Shown in pieces: positions 15,365 through 25,608 of a stretch of DNA of 31,811 nt. How positions within the stretch are numbered: the stretch's first letter is position 1; the number at the start of each line of letters is the position of its first letter. Origin of the DNA: a virus; the UHGV virus genome UHGV-0116366; one strand, 5' to 3'. The position numbers were made by a program, and so were the translations under genes. The notes beneath the pieces are model-generated. The model was not told the DNA's origin and did not search any database. It was given only the letters and a program-made list of their open reading frames with translations.

Positions 15365-15458
15365 GAGGAACTACCAAATTTACTTCGTACTCGAAGTGTC
15401 TTTAACTAATGTTTACGCGCATTAGACAATGTGCCACCGTAAAAGTGAGAGGACTTCA

Positions 15459-15809
15459 ATGCCTGAAAGAACACCTAAAGCCTGCCGTGTTCGAGGCTGC
15501 CGAGGCACGACTACTGATCCATCAGGCTATTGTGAAAGCCATAAAAGTGAAGGGTGGAAATCCTACAAACCGGGGAAATCCCGGCATCAGCGTGGTTATG
15601 GGACAAAGTGGGAAGTCATACGCGCTCGCATACTGAAGCGTGACAAAGCTCTATGCCAGAACCATCTACGTGAGGGAGTTGTGAAACAGGCTTCATGTGT
15701 GGACCACATCAAAGCGAAGGCCCACGGCGGTACTGATGAAGACAGCAACCTTGAAAGCCTGTGCTGGTCGTGTCATGCAGCGAAGACCGCGCGTGAGCGG
15801 CTCAAGTGA
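15459..15809 (+). CDS. HNH endonuclease (packaging-associated)
   Basis: Cys-rich zinc-finger/HNH pattern (CRVRGC...CESH...H...CW.CH) in the usual position upstream of terS in HK97-like cos phages; the ORF is open from 15429. Confidence 0.8.
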   Translation: MPERTPKACRVRGCRGTTTDPSGYCESHKSEGWKSYKPGKSRHQRGYGTKWEVIRARILKRDKALCQNHLREGVVKQASCVDHIKAKAHGGTDEDSNLESLCWSCHAAKTARERLK

Positions 15810-15934
15810 GAATTGATATCATCATCAGCCAGGGGAGGGGGGGGCAAATCTCTACGACCGCGCGCCTTCTGGACTGCCCGCCTCCTCGAATTTTTTTACC
15901 CGCGAAAAATCAAATTTAACCAGGAGTATCGCTT
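15810..15934. other. candidate cos / packaging-initiation region
   Basis: Intergenic region between HNH and terS containing the G-tract ggggaggggggggc and GC-rich cgcgcgcc / cccgcctcc elements; position-based inference only. Confidence 0.3.
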
Positions 15935-16435
15935 ATGGCTGGAACGGCGGGGCGTTCCGGGCGTCGGCCTAAGCCAACGGCGCGCAAGGAGCTGGCTGGA
16001 AACCCCGGCAAGCGAGCCCTGAATAAAGATGAACCGGTATTCACGCCGATTAAAGGAGTGGAGCCACCAGAATGGTTTTCCGATGTAGACGATGGCCTGC
16101 CGCTGGCAACGATCATGTGGGAGCTGACTACAAAGGAGTTATGCGGTCAGGGACTCTTATGCGTCACTGATCTGGCCGTACTGGAGCGCTGGTGTGTCGC
16201 ATATGAATTCTGGCGAAGGGCTGTGAAAAATATCGCCGTGGAAGGTCTTTCAGTTACTGGGGCCATGGGCGGTAAAATAAAAAACCCCGAACTCACCGCC
16301 AAAAAAGAGCAGGAATCGGAGATGAGTTCTACCGGTTCAATGCTTGGCCTTGACCCAAGCAGCCGTCAGCGGCTCGTTGGCCTGGCCGGAAAGAAACAAG
16401 CCTCTAACCCATTCCTTAAGATGATTAGCTCATGA
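15935..16435 (+). CDS. terminase small subunit (P27 family)
   Basis: 166-aa protein [30 protein letters not shown]... typical of P27-family TerS; immediately upstream of terL. Confidence 0.85.
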   Translation: MAGTAGRSGRRPKPTARKELAGNPGKRALNKDEPVFTPIKGVEPPEWFSDVDDGLPLATIMWELTTKELCGQGLLCVTDLAVLERWCVAYEFWRRAVKNIAVEGLSVTGAMGGKIKNPELTAKKEQESEMSSTGSMLGLDPSSRQRLVGLAGKKQASNPFLKMISS

Positions 16436-18165
16436 GCCGGAAATCGTACCCCAACGTTAATGCCGCGAATCAGTACGCCCGTAACGTAGTGCGGGGAAAG
16501 ATTCCGGCATGTCAGTTCGTCATTCAGGCATGCCAGCGTCATATCGATGACATGGTCGCAGAGAAAAGTAAGAAGTTCCGGTACCGCTTCGATAAAGATG
16601 CAGCGGAGAAGGCCGCAAAGTTTATTCAACTGCTGCCGCACACAAAGGGAGAGTGGGCGTTCAAAAGAATGCCGATAACCCTGGAGCCGTGGCAACTTTT
16701 TATTGTGTGCAGCGCCTTTGGCTGGGTACAGAAGGGAACGAAGCTTCGCCGTTTTCGGGAGGTCTACACCGAGATTCCCCGTAAGAACGGCAAATCTGCG
16801 ATTTCAGCTGGTGTGGCGCTCTACTGCTTCACCTGTGATAACGAGTTCGGTGCTGAAGTTTACTCTGGCGCGACAACGGAAAAACAGGCGTGGGAAGTAT
16901 TCCGTCCCGCTCGCTTGATGTGCAAGCGTACGCCGCTGCTGGTGGAAGCGTTCGGCATTGAGGTAAACGCCTCTAACCTGAACCGTCCCGAGGACGGCGC
17001 ACGCTTTGAGCCGCTGATCGGCAATCCCGGCGACGGTGCTTCACCGCATTGTGCGATTGTCGACGAATATCACGAACACCCTACTGATTCGCTGTACACC
17101 ACTATGCTGACGGGCATGGGCGCGCGCCGACAACCGCTGATGTGGGCGATCACCACAGCAGGTTACAACATCGAAGGACCGTGCTACGACAAACGACGTG
17201 AAGTGATTGAAATGCTGAATGGCACGGTACCCAACGACGAGTTGTTTGGCGTGATCTATACGGTTGATGAAGGTGACGACTGGACTGATCCAAAGGTGCT
17301 TGAGAAAGCCAATCCGAATATGGGTGTCTCTGTCTACCGCGACTTCCTGTTGAGCCAACAGCAACGTGCTGTGAACAATGCCCGTCAGGCTGGTGTTTTT
17401 AAAACGAAGCATCTCAACATCTGGGTTGCTGCTCGGGCCGCATTCTTCAACCTGGTTTCTTGGCAGAACTGTGAAGACAAGACGCTTACCCTCGAACAAT
17501 TCGAAGGTCAGCCATGCGTTCTGGCTTTTGACCTGGCGCGAAAGCTGGACATGAACAGTATGGCGCGGTTGTTCACCAGGGAGATTGACGGTAAGACACA
17601 TTATTACAGTGTTGCGCCTCGTTTCTGGGTTCCTTATGACACGGTTTTCAGTGTTGAAAAAAACGAAGACCGTCGCACGGCTGAGCGCTTCCAGAAGTGG
17701 GTTGAAATGGGGTTGCTCACCGTGACTGATGGGGCAGAGGTTGATTACCGTTACATCCTCGAAGAGGCAAAAGCGGCAAATAAACTGAACCCTGTAAGCG
17801 AGTCGCCGATTGACCCATTTGGCGCAACGGGACTGTCTCACGATCTTGCTGATGAAAGCCTTAACCCGATAACTATTGTTCAGAACTACACCAACATGTC
17901 GGACCCGATGAAAGAGCTGGAGGCCGCAATTGAGTCTGGGCGTTTTCATCACGACGGAAATCCGATTATGGGCTGGTGTATTAGCAACGTCGTCGGAAAG
18001 TATCTCCCGGGCAACGACGATGTGGTTAAACCCATCAAAGAGCAGAACGAAAACAAAATCGATGGTGCGGTTGCACTGATTATGTCGATTGGTCGTTCAA
18101 TGCTTTACGAAAAGGTGGACTCTATCTCCGAGCGTATCGAATCCCGCGGCATCCGCTCACTTTAA
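16432..18165 (+). CDS. terminase large subunit
   Basis: 577-aa protein with ATPase and nuclease regions ([14 protein letters not shown]..., AIVDEYHEH...) in HK97-like arrangement. Confidence 0.9.
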   Translation: MSRKSYPNVNAANQYARNVVRGKIPACQFVIQACQRHIDDMVAEKSKKFRYRFDKDAAEKAAKFIQLLPHTKGEWAFKRMPITLEPWQLFIVCSAFGWVQKGTKLRRFREVYTEIPRKNGKSAISAGVALYCFTCDNEFGAEVYSGATTEKQAWEVFRPARLMCKRTPLLVEAFGIEVNASNLNRPEDGARFEPLIGNPGDGASPHCAIVDEYHEHPTDSLYTTMLTGMGARRQPLMWAITTAGYNIEGPCYDKRREVIEMLNGTVPNDELFGVIYTVDEGDDWTDPKVLEKANPNMGVSVYRDFLLSQQQRAVNNARQAGVFKTKHLNIWVAARAAFFNLVSWQNCEDKTLTLEQFEGQPCVLAFDLARKLDMNSMARLFTREIDGKTHYYSVAPRFWVPYDTVFSVEKNEDRRTAERFQKWVEMGLLTVTDGAEVDYRYILEEAKAANKLNPVSESPIDPFGATGLSHDLADESLNPITIVQNYTNMSDPMKELEAAIESGRFHHDGNPIMGWCISNVVGKYLPGNDDVVKPIKEQNENKIDGAVALIMSIGRSMLYEKVDSISERIESRGIRSL

Positions 18166-18177
18166 ACCGAGGCGTTT

Positions 18178-18360
18178 ATGATCCTGACAATACTCACTCC
18201 ATTGGTCGGAGTGCTGGGGGCTCTATTGCTCTCATTTGGGGCGTGGATGATTTATCCCCCTGCAGGCTATATTGCCGGAGGTCTACTGTGTCTGACCTGG
18301 TCATGGCTGGTGGCAAAGTTTATATCCAACATGCCAGTGAACAAAACGGGAGGTGACTGA
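18178..18360 (+). CDS. small hydrophobic protein
   Basis: 60-aa ORF with two predicted TM helices between terL and portal. Confidence 0.4.
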   Translation: MILTILTPLVGVLGALLLSFGAWMIYPPAGYIAGGLLCLTWSWLVAKFISNMPVNKTGGD

Positions 18361-19589
18361 TGTTCTTCCCCGGTATGTTTTCCAAAAGCACCCAGCCAGT
18401 TTACACCGTGGCTGATCTTGCGCATGAGGTCGGGTTGTCTTACGACACTTATACCGGGAAACGCGTAAGCAGCCAGCGGGCTATGCGGCTCACTGCGGTG
18501 TTTGGCTGTGTTCGTGTACTGGCAGAGTCTATAGGTATGCTTCCCTGCAACATATTTAAGACAACGGGAAAAGGGAAGGAAAAGGCTACAGGTGAAAGAC
18601 TTCAAAAGTTAGTTTCTTTAAAACCTAATGGTTACATGACCCCCCAGGAGTTCTGGGAGTTACTTATTGTATGTCTGTGTCTTCGTGGGAACTTTTACGC
18701 CTATAAAGTTAAGGCGTTCGGGGAAGTCGTTGAACTTCTCCCGCTTGATCCTGGGTGTGTTCAGCCAAAGTTGAATAGTAATTGGGAGCCTGTCTACCAG
18801 GTCACCTTTCCGGACGGATCAATCGACGTTTTAGGTCAGGAGGATATTTGGCACATTCGCATTCTAACTCTGGATGGGCTGATCGGGTTAAATCCCATAG
18901 CCTATGCCAGGGAAGCTATCTCGCTTGGTCTGGCGACGGAAGAACACGGCGCAAGGCTATTCAGCAACGGTGCAGTAACATCTGGGGTGCTCCGCACTGA
19001 TAGTGAATTGAGTGATGCAGCATACGCCCGTCTGAAGGCTGATTTTGAAGAAAAACACCAGGGTTTAGGTAATGCCCACAGACCAATGATCCTTGAGATG
19101 GGGTTGGACTGGAAATCGATGGCGCTTAGCGCAGAAGACAGTCAGTTCCTGGAGACTCGAAAATTCCAGCTTGAGGAAATTTGCCGTTTGTTTCGCGTTC
19201 CCATGCACATGATCCAGAACACTGACCGAGCGACGTTCAGCAATATTGAAGAACTGGGAATGGGATTTATTAACTATTCTCTGGTTCCTTACCTTACTCG
19301 TATTGAACAACGTATCAATATCGGGCTCATTAAAGAAGAAAAGCAGGGTACTCACTACGCCAAATTTAATGTTGGTGCGCTACTTCGTGGTGATATGAAG
19401 TCGCGATTCGATGCCTACGCAACAGCAATAAATTGGGGTATGTATTCACCGAATGATTGTCTTGAGTTGGAGGACCGCAACCCGCGACCAGGTGGAGATA
19501 TCTACCTCACGCCAATGAACATGACAACGAAACCATCTGACGGCAGCAAGCAAGCCAAAACGGAGGTACGACAAGATGCCGATGACTAA
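18360..19589 (+). CDS. portal protein (HK97 family)
   Basis: 409-aa protein in canonical position after terminase; sequence character typical of HK97-family portals. Confidence 0.9.
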   Translation: MFFPGMFSKSTQPVYTVADLAHEVGLSYDTYTGKRVSSQRAMRLTAVFGCVRVLAESIGMLPCNIFKTTGKGKEKATGERLQKLVSLKPNGYMTPQEFWELLIVCLCLRGNFYAYKVKAFGEVVELLPLDPGCVQPKLNSNWEPVYQVTFPDGSIDVLGQEDIWHIRILTLDGLIGLNPIAYAREAISLGLATEEHGARLFSNGAVTSGVLRTDSELSDAAYARLKADFEEKHQGLGNAHRPMILEMGLDWKSMALSAEDSQFLETRKFQLEEICRLFRVPMHMIQNTDRATFSNIEELGMGFINYSLVPYLTRIEQRINIGLIKEEKQGTHYAKFNVGALLRGDMKSRFDAYATAINWGMYSPNDCLELEDRNPRPGGDIYLTPMNMTTKPSDGSKQAKTEVRQDADD

Positions 19590-20229
19590 GCAGCGGTTGG
19601 ACATTCCGCTGAAACTGAAGTCCGTCAGCGACAACGGAGAGTTTGAAGGTTATGGCTCCGTGTTTGGTGTGAAGGACAGTTATGACGACGTGGTTGTTCC
19701 AGGTGCATTCAGTAAGTCGCTGGACGCCTGGCGCGAGAAGAAGTCCCTTCCTGCGATGCTCTGGCAGCACCAGATGGACGAGCCGATCGGTGTTTACACC
19801 GACATGAAAGAGGATGACGTCGGGTTGTATGTGAAGGGGCGGCTTCTTATTGACGACGATCCCCTCGCAAAGCGCGCACATGCCCATATGAAGGCCGGTT
19901 CTTTAACCGGCCTTTCTATTGGCTACATGTTGAAGGACTGGGAGTACGACCGAACAAAAGAGGTGTTTCTTCTCAAAGAAATCGACCTCTGGGAAGTCAG
20001 TCCGGTGACGTTCCCCTCAAATGACGAAGCGCGAATCAGCGATGTCAAAAGCGCGTTTGCGCGCGGCGAAATGCCCTCTCAAAAAAGTATTGAAAGAGTC
20101 CTGCGTGACGTTGGGCTCTCACGTACCCAGGCCAAAGCATTCATGGCCGGGGGATATAGCACACTGAATCTGCGCGACGCTGATGATGTGGACTCTGCTT
20201 TGAATGCACTTAAAAACATCACATTTTAA
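19576..20229 (+). CDS. prohead protease (HK97 family, S78)
   Basis: 217-aa protein between portal and major capsid; FEGYGSVFGVKDSYDDVVVPGAF motif typical of the prohead protease family. Confidence 0.85.
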   Translation: MPMTKQRLDIPLKLKSVSDNGEFEGYGSVFGVKDSYDDVVVPGAFSKSLDAWREKKSLPAMLWQHQMDEPIGVYTDMKEDDVGLYVKGRLLIDDDPLAKRAHAHMKAGSLTGLSIGYMLKDWEYDRTKEVFLLKEIDLWEVSPVTFPSNDEARISDVKSAFARGEMPSQKSIERVLRDVGLSRTQAKAFMAGGYSTLNLRDADDVDSALNALKNITF

Positions 20230-20243
20230 TCTGGAGTAAAAAC

Positions 20244-21458
20244 ATGGCAGTAGAAATCAAAGATGTAGAACAGGTCGCGCAGGAACTTCAGGCGAAGTTT
20301 GACGACTTTAAAGCTAAGAACGATAAGCGTATTGACGCGATCGAAAGCGAGAAGGGTGCGCTGGCAGGGCAGGTCGAAACGCTGAACGGTAAACTGTCTG
20401 AACTGGAAAGTCTTAAGTCTGATCTGGAAGCAGAACTCACTGCATTAAAGCGACCTGGCGGCGGAGCAAAAGGCAAGTCCGTTACCGAACACAAAGCTGC
20501 CTTTATGGAATTTGTCCGTAAGGGCAACGAAGATGGCCTACGCGAACTGGAGCAAAAAGCACTTCAGACGGGAGTGGATGCCGATGGCGGTTATGCCGTT
20601 CCTGAAGAACTGGATCGTAGTCTTCTGAACCTGCTACATGATGAAGTCGTTATGCGACAGGAGTCGACGGTTATCTCGCTGAGCACACCAGACTATCGTA
20701 AGGTGGTAAATATTGGTGGGGCTAAATCAGCCTGGGTGAGTGAAACTCATGCTCGCCCCGCGACAGATACGCCGACTCTGGCACAAATCAAACCTTTCAT
20801 GGGTGAGATTTATGCTAACCCTCAAGCGACGCAGACCATGCTCGATGATGCATTCTTCGATGTCGAATCGTGGATCAACAGTGAGCTTGCGCTGGGATTC
20901 GCAGAGGCAGAAGAGATTGCGTTTACTACGGGTGATGGTAGCGATAAACCGAAGGGTTTTCTGGCCTATGCGTCAGCTCTGACTGATGACAAAACCCGCC
21001 CGTTTGGCACTCTGCAGCATATCCTGTCCGGGGCTGCAACCGGGCTTACTGCTGATGCGATTATCAAGCTGATTTATACGCTTCGCAAAGTTCATCGTAA
21101 TGGCGCCAAGTTTATGATGAACAACAACACACTGTTCGCCGCCCGTATCCTGAAAGACAAAGAAGACAACTACCTGTGGCGCCCTGGGCTGGAGCTTGGT
21201 CAGCCGTCAACGCTGGTGGGTTACGGCATCGCTGAAAACGAGCAAATGCCAGATATCGCCGCTGATGCTAAAGCTATCGCCTTTGGTAACTTTAAGCGCG
21301 GCTATACGATCGTTGACCGTCTGGGTACACGTGTTCTGCGCGACCCGTTCACTAACAAACCTTTCGTTGGTTTCTATACCACCAAACGCACTGGCGGCAT
21401 GCTGACGGATTCGCAGGCTATCAAAATCATGCAGATTGGCGCGCCGGCTAACCCGTAA
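20244..21458 (+). CDS. major capsid protein (HK97 fold)
   Basis: 404-aa protein with N-terminal coiled-coil scaffold-like delta domain followed by the capsid domain; canonical position. Confidence 0.9.
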   Translation: MAVEIKDVEQVAQELQAKFDDFKAKNDKRIDAIESEKGALAGQVETLNGKLSELESLKSDLEAELTALKRPGGGAKGKSVTEHKAAFMEFVRKGNEDGLRELEQKALQTGVDADGGYAVPEELDRSLLNLLHDEVVMRQESTVISLSTPDYRKVVNIGGAKSAWVSETHARPATDTPTLAQIKPFMGEIYANPQATQTMLDDAFFDVESWINSELALGFAEAEEIAFTTGDGSDKPKGFLAYASALTDDKTRPFGTLQHILSGAATGLTADAIIKLIYTLRKVHRNGAKFMMNNNTLFAARILKDKEDNYLWRPGLELGQPSTLVGYGIAENEQMPDIAADAKAIAFGNFKRGYTIVDRLGTRVLRDPFTNKPFVGFYTTKRTGGMLTDSQAIKIMQIGAPANP

Positions 21459-21500
21459 CCTTTAACGATGGCGGGCACATGTCCGCCTTCAGGAGTTGAA

Positions 21501-21770
21501 ATGGTCATCCTTTTAAAACCTCTTAAGTGGTCGCCAGACGGTTGCCGAATCGAAATCATTGAAGCCGGGGAACATGACGAACTTCCGGCACGTGCGATTG
21601 AAATTGCCGAGCAGATCGGCATTCTGGCGCAGGCTGAAACAGTTAGTGGTGAAGTCATTCCTCCAGTGCCACCTTCCGAGCCTAATCCAGCCCCTTCACA
21701 GGATGCACTCCCTGAGCCAGAACCTGAGCCGACGGTGGTGACTAAGCCAAAGAAGACCGAAAAAAAATAA
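21501..21770 (+). CDS. hypothetical Pro/Glu-rich protein
   Basis: ATG at 21501 with GGAG RBS (ORF open from 21468); C-terminal PPVPPSEPNPAPSQDALPEPEPEP low-complexity tail. Confidence 0.45.
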   Translation: MVILLKPLKWSPDGCRIEIIEAGEHDELPARAIEIAEQIGILAQAETVSGEVIPPVPPSEPNPAPSQDALPEPEPEPTVVTKPKKTEKK

Positions 21771-21790
21771 CCCGCTCTGCGGGTTTTTTT
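21762..21790 (+). terminator. rho-independent terminator after the capsid module
   Basis: cccgctctgcggg hairpin followed by ttttttt, preceded by an A-run. Confidence 0.6.
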
Positions 21791-21797
21791 ATGGGTG

Positions 21798-22130
21798 ATG
21801 CAAATGCCGCTTATCTCGTTAGAAGACATCAAGAGCCAGCTACGCCTTGAACCCGATTACAGTGAAGAAGATCAATATCTCACTTTGATCGGTGCTGCGG
21901 CTGAGTCACGAACGTCCGAATACCTTAACAGGAATCTCTATCCCGAAGGTGCAACGATACCATCCAGCGATCCCGACGGGATGGTTATGCCGGCGTCTGT
22001 CCGTCTGGCTATTCTGTTTCTGGTTACTCACTTCTATGAGAACCGTTCAGCGGTCAGTGAGGTCGAAATGGTTGAATTACCGATGGCCTTTACCTGGCTC
22101 GCGCGGCCGCACCGGATTTACCCGCAATGA
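21798..22130 (+). CDS. head-tail connector protein (gp6-like)
   Basis: ~110-aa protein after the capsid gene; sequence character of the phage gp6-like connector family. Confidence 0.7.
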   Translation: MQMPLISLEDIKSQLRLEPDYSEEDQYLTLIGAAAESRTSEYLNRNLYPEGATIPSSDPDGMVMPASVRLAILFLVTHFYENRSAVSEVEMVELPMAFTWLARPHRIYPQ

Positions 22131-22540
22131 AACTACGTCAGGCGCAAACCAGCGCGACTTACTTGCTTCCTGACCCTGGCGAACTCGATAAACGAGTGAG
22201 TATCCGACAACGTGTCGATTCCCCGAGCGATGATATGGGAACTGAGCCAACGTATCCGGTGCAGTTTCCTGCTTGGGCAAAGGTAGTGCAAACCAGCGCC
22301 ACTACCTACCTGGAGACCGCGCAGACCGATAACGTTATCACGCATTACATCACCATTCGCTGGCGCAGGGGGATCACTACGGATTTTGAAGTGGTTCTGA
22401 ATGACCTGGTGTACCGGGTTAAACGGGTGCGTGACCTGAACAGCAAGCGGCGATATTTGCTGCTGGAATGCACTGAACTTGGTGAGGTCCCGGTAAATTC
22501 TGGAGGTAATTCCAATGGCGGAACCATTTTTTCACGTTGA
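22127..22540 (+). CDS. head-tail adaptor / head closure protein
   Basis: 137-aa protein in the conserved position of the HK97 gp9-like head-tail joining protein. Confidence 0.6.
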   Translation: MKLRQAQTSATYLLPDPGELDKRVSIRQRVDSPSDDMGTEPTYPVQFPAWAKVVQTSATTYLETAQTDNVITHYITIRWRRGITTDFEVVLNDLVYRVKRVRDLNSKRRYLLLECTELGEVPVNSGGNSNGGTIFSR

Positions 22541-23018
22541 TTTTCAGCAGCCTAATGACATGCGCTTTAATCGCGCTCGCGTTCGGCGTGCTTTTGTCAC
22601 CATCGGCCAGCGCCATATGCGCGATGCTCGTCGCCTGGTGATGCGCCGCGGTCGATCTGAGCCAGGTGAGAACCCCGGCTACCAGACTGGCCGGCTGGCT
22701 AAATCCATCGGTTACATGGTGCCTAAAGCCAGTGCTAAACGACCCGGCTTTATGGCTCGAATCGCACCAAACCAGCGGAACGGGCAGGGGAACCGGCTCA
22801 TCACTGGCGATTTCTATCCGGCATTTCTCTTCTACGGTGTGCGCGGTGGTGCTAAGCGTCGTCGTAGTCACCATCGTGGCGCTTCCGGCGGTAGCGGCTG
22901 GCGGCTGGCCCCGCGTAATAATTTTATGGTTGAAACGCTCAATAAAAACAGCCCCTGGACGCGTTATTACCTGGCGCGGGAATTACGGCTCTCACTCAAA
23001 CCGGAGAAACGGCGCTGA
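22515..23018 (+). CDS. HK97 gp10-like neck/tail component
   Basis: 167-aa basic protein in conserved position; by recollection of the HK97_gp10 family. Confidence 0.55.
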   Translation: MAEPFFHVDFQQPNDMRFNRARVRRAFVTIGQRHMRDARRLVMRRGRSEPGENPGYQTGRLAKSIGYMVPKASAKRPGFMARIAPNQRNGQGNRLITGDFYPAFLFYGVRGGAKRRRSHHRGASGGSGWRLAPRNNFMVETLNKNSPWTRYYLARELRLSLKPEKRR

Positions 23019-23578
23019 TGAAACTGGCCCCGATTATTGCTGCGCTACGTGCGCGCTGCCCCATTTTTGAAAATCGCGTTGCTGGCGCTGCGCAATTTAA
23101 GGATTTGCCAGAAGTCGGGAAAATGAAACTACCAGCGGCCTACGTGGTGCCCGGTGACGATTCACCCGGCGAGCAGAAAAGTCAGACGGACTACTGGCAG
23201 GATTTGACCGAAGGTTTTTCCGTAATCGTTTTTGTCAGTAACGGTCGCGATGAGCGCGGGCAGTTTGCTTCTTATGACGTGGTTCACGACGTGCGACAGA
23301 TGTTGTTCAAGGCATTGCTGGGGTGGAACCCGGAAGAGCGAGGTGAGCCCATAACCTATGCTGGCGGCACGCTACTCGATGTGAACCGTCACGAACTGAG
23401 CTACCAGTTCGACTTTACAGTGCAGAACGAACTCGGCAGTGATGATACGCGGCAGATTGATGACCTCAACAATCTGGACGAATTCAAAACGCTGGCTATC
23501 GATGTTGATTTTATCGATCCGGGACATGGCCCCGATGGGGACCCCGAACATCATACAGAGATAACTCTCCCCACCTGA
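23018..23578 (+). CDS. Mu gp37-like tail-associated protein
   Basis: 186-aa acidic protein directly upstream of a Mu-like sheath gene; family assignment from position and memory only. Confidence 0.45.
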   Translation: MKLAPIIAALRARCPIFENRVAGAAQFKDLPEVGKMKLPAAYVVPGDDSPGEQKSQTDYWQDLTEGFSVIVFVSNGRDERGQFASYDVVHDVRQMLFKALLGWNPEERGEPITYAGGTLLDVNRHELSYQFDFTVQNELGSDDTRQIDDLNNLDEFKTLAIDVDFIDPGHGPDGDPEHHTEITLPT

Positions 23579-23586
23579 GGAAAACC

Positions 23587-23763
23587 ATGTTTGTAAAACC
23601 CCTAAAAGGGCGGTCAGTACATGACCCTGCCCGAGGCGACCTTTTGCCTGTTGAAGGGCGAAATGTTGAAGAAAGCAGCTACTGGCTGCGCCGGGAAGCC
23701 GCTGGCGATATCAGGCGCGTGAACAAAGTTAAACAGAAAAAGGTGGAAACCAATGACCGTTAG
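23587..23763 (+). CDS. small protein (58 aa, Mu gp38-like position), missed by the >=60-aa ORF track
   Basis: Translated by hand: MFVKPLKGRSVHDPARGDLLPVEGRNVEESSYWLRREAAGDIRRVNKVKQKKVETNDR; GAGG RBS 6 nt upstream; its stop overlaps the sheath start. Confidence 0.45.
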   Translation: MFVKPLKGRSVHDPARGDLLPVEGRNVEESSYWLRREAAGDIRRVNKVKQKKVETNDR

Positions 23764-25252
23764 TTTCAGCACTATCCCGGCAAATACGCTGGTGCCACTG
23801 TTTTATGCTGAGATGGATAATTCGGCGGCAAATACAAGTCAGGAGTCAGCGCCGTCGTTGCTGCTGGGGCACGCAAACACCGGTGCGGCAATTGAGCCTG
23901 ATTCGCTGGTACTGATGCCCTCCGCTGATTATGCGAAACAGATTTGTGGTACCGGCAGTCAGCTTGCACGCATGGTTGCTGCGTATCGTAAAACCGATCC
24001 TTTTGGTGAGCTTTACATCATTGCTGTCCCTGAGCCAGCGGCAGGAGTGGCGGCCACGTATACCCTGACCGTAACTGGCGCAGCAACTGAGAGCGGCACG
24101 GTGAATGTTTATGTCGGGCGTACTCGTATTCAGGCAGCAGTTGTAAGCGGTGATGATGTTGAGGCTGTGGCATCGGGCATTAAAGATGCAATCAATGCTG
24201 ATCCGACATTGCCGGTTATCGCTTCGTCTGCTGCTGGCGTGGTCACTCTGACAGCGCGTCACAAAGGTCTGAGCGGGAATGAAATCCCCGTGGTTCTGAA
24301 TTATTACGGTTACGGTGGTGGTGAAGTGTTGCCTGCAGGCATAGCGGTAGCCGTCGCTGCTGTCGCTGCCGGAACGGGGGCTCCGGTACTCAATGGCGCT
24401 ATTGCCGCTATGGCTGATGAGCCGTTTGATTATATTGGCCACCCGTTCAATGATTTGGCCTCGGTTAATGCATTTGTCAGCGAAATGAACGATACCAGCG
24501 GTCGCTGGAGCTACGCCCGTCAGCTTTATGGGCACGTTTATACTGCAAAACTCGGAACGCTTTCTGAGCTGGTTGCTGCCGGTGATCAGCTTAACCAACA
24601 GCACATCACTGTGGCGGGTTACGAGAAAGAAACGCAGACCCCGGCAGACGAACTTGCAGCCAGCCGAACAGCGCGCAATGCCGTCTTTATCCGTAACGAT
24701 CCAGCGCGCCCAACCCAGACAGGTGAACTCGTGGACATGCTACCGGCACCAAAAGGGAAGCGCTTCACGATGACCGAGCAGCAGTCTCTGCTGTCACATG
24801 GGATTGCAACGTCATACGTTGAAAGCGGTACGTTGCGCATTCAGCGCGACGTTACAACGTACAAGAAAAACGCCTACGGTGTTGCAGATAACAGCTATCT
24901 CGACAGCGAGACGCTGCATACCAGCGCTTATGTTTTGCGCAGGCTGAAATCGGTTATCACCAGTAAATACGGGCGCCATAAACTGGCGAACGACGGCACA
25001 CGCTTTGGTCCTGGTCAGGCGATTGTTACCCCGGCAGTTATCAAAGGGGAATTGCTGGCGACTTACCGACAGATGGAGCGCGCCGGGATCGTTGAAAATT
25101 ACGACCTGTTCAAGCAATACCTGAAGGTTGAACGCGACGCGACAAACCCAAACCGTATCAACACTCTGTTCCCGCCTGACTATGTTAACCAGTTGCGAGT
25201 GTTTGCGGTCGTTAACCAGTTCCGCCTTCAGTATCAAGAGGAGTCCGCATAA
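23753..25252 (+). CDS. contractile tail sheath protein (Mu gpL-like)
   Basis: 499-aa protein followed by tube, chaperone and tape-measure genes in Mu-like order. Confidence 0.85.
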   Translation: MTVSFSTIPANTLVPLFYAEMDNSAANTSQESAPSLLLGHANTGAAIEPDSLVLMPSADYAKQICGTGSQLARMVAAYRKTDPFGELYIIAVPEPAAGVAATYTLTVTGAATESGTVNVYVGRTRIQAAVVSGDDVEAVASGIKDAINADPTLPVIASSAAGVVTLTARHKGLSGNEIPVVLNYYGYGGGEVLPAGIAVAVAAVAAGTGAPVLNGAIAAMADEPFDYIGHPFNDLASVNAFVSEMNDTSGRWSYARQLYGHVYTAKLGTLSELVAAGDQLNQQHITVAGYEKETQTPADELAASRTARNAVFIRNDPARPTQTGELVDMLPAPKGKRFTMTEQQSLLSHGIATSYVESGTLRIQRDVTTYKKNAYGVADNSYLDSETLHTSAYVLRRLKSVITSKYGRHKLANDGTRFGPGQAIVTPAVIKGELLATYRQMERAGIVENYDLFKQYLKVERDATNPNRINTLFPPDYVNQLRVFAVVNQFRLQYQEESA

Positions 25253-25608
25253 TGGCGCGCATTGCAGGTACCTGTTATTTCAAAATTGATGGTCAGCAAT
25301 TATCCATGACCGGCGGTATTGAGGTGCCGATGAACACGAAGGTCAATGATGATGTCATTGGCATGGCTGGTGACGTCGACAGAAAAGAGACTCACCGCGC
25401 ACCATATGTTAAGGGCACGTTTAAGGTGCCGAAAGATTTCCCGGTCAACAAGGTGACGACTTCAGACCAGATGACCATTACAGCCGAACTGGCAAACGGT
25501 CAGGTTTATGTCCTGTCGTCAGCCTGGCTGCACGGTGAAGCAAACCACAACGCCGAAGAAGGTACGGCGGATCTTGAATTCCACGGTGAAGAAGGGGATT
25601 ACCAGTAA
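25252..25608 (+). CDS. tail tube protein (Mu gpM-like)
   Basis: 118-aa protein immediately after the sheath, ATGA-coupled. Confidence 0.8.
   Translation: MARIAGTCYFKIDGQQLSMTGGIEVPMNTKVNDDVIGMAGDVDRKETHRAPYVKGTFKVPKDFPVNKVTTSDQMTITAELANGQVYVLSSAWLHGEANHNAEEGTADLEFHGEEGDYQ

Noticed and set aside
17041-17952. 303-aa minus-strand ORF
   Set aside because: Antisense within the terminase large-subunit gene; Arg/Val-rich composition of reverse-frame translation.
21374-21832. 152-aa minus-strand ORF with SGSGSGS stretch
   Set aside because: Antisense to the Pro/Glu-rich C-terminus of 21501-21770 and spans the terminator; the low-complexity Gly/Ser run is the complement of the PEPEPEP coding repeat.
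23846-24604. 252-aa minus-strand ORF
   Set aside because: Antisense within the tail sheath gene.
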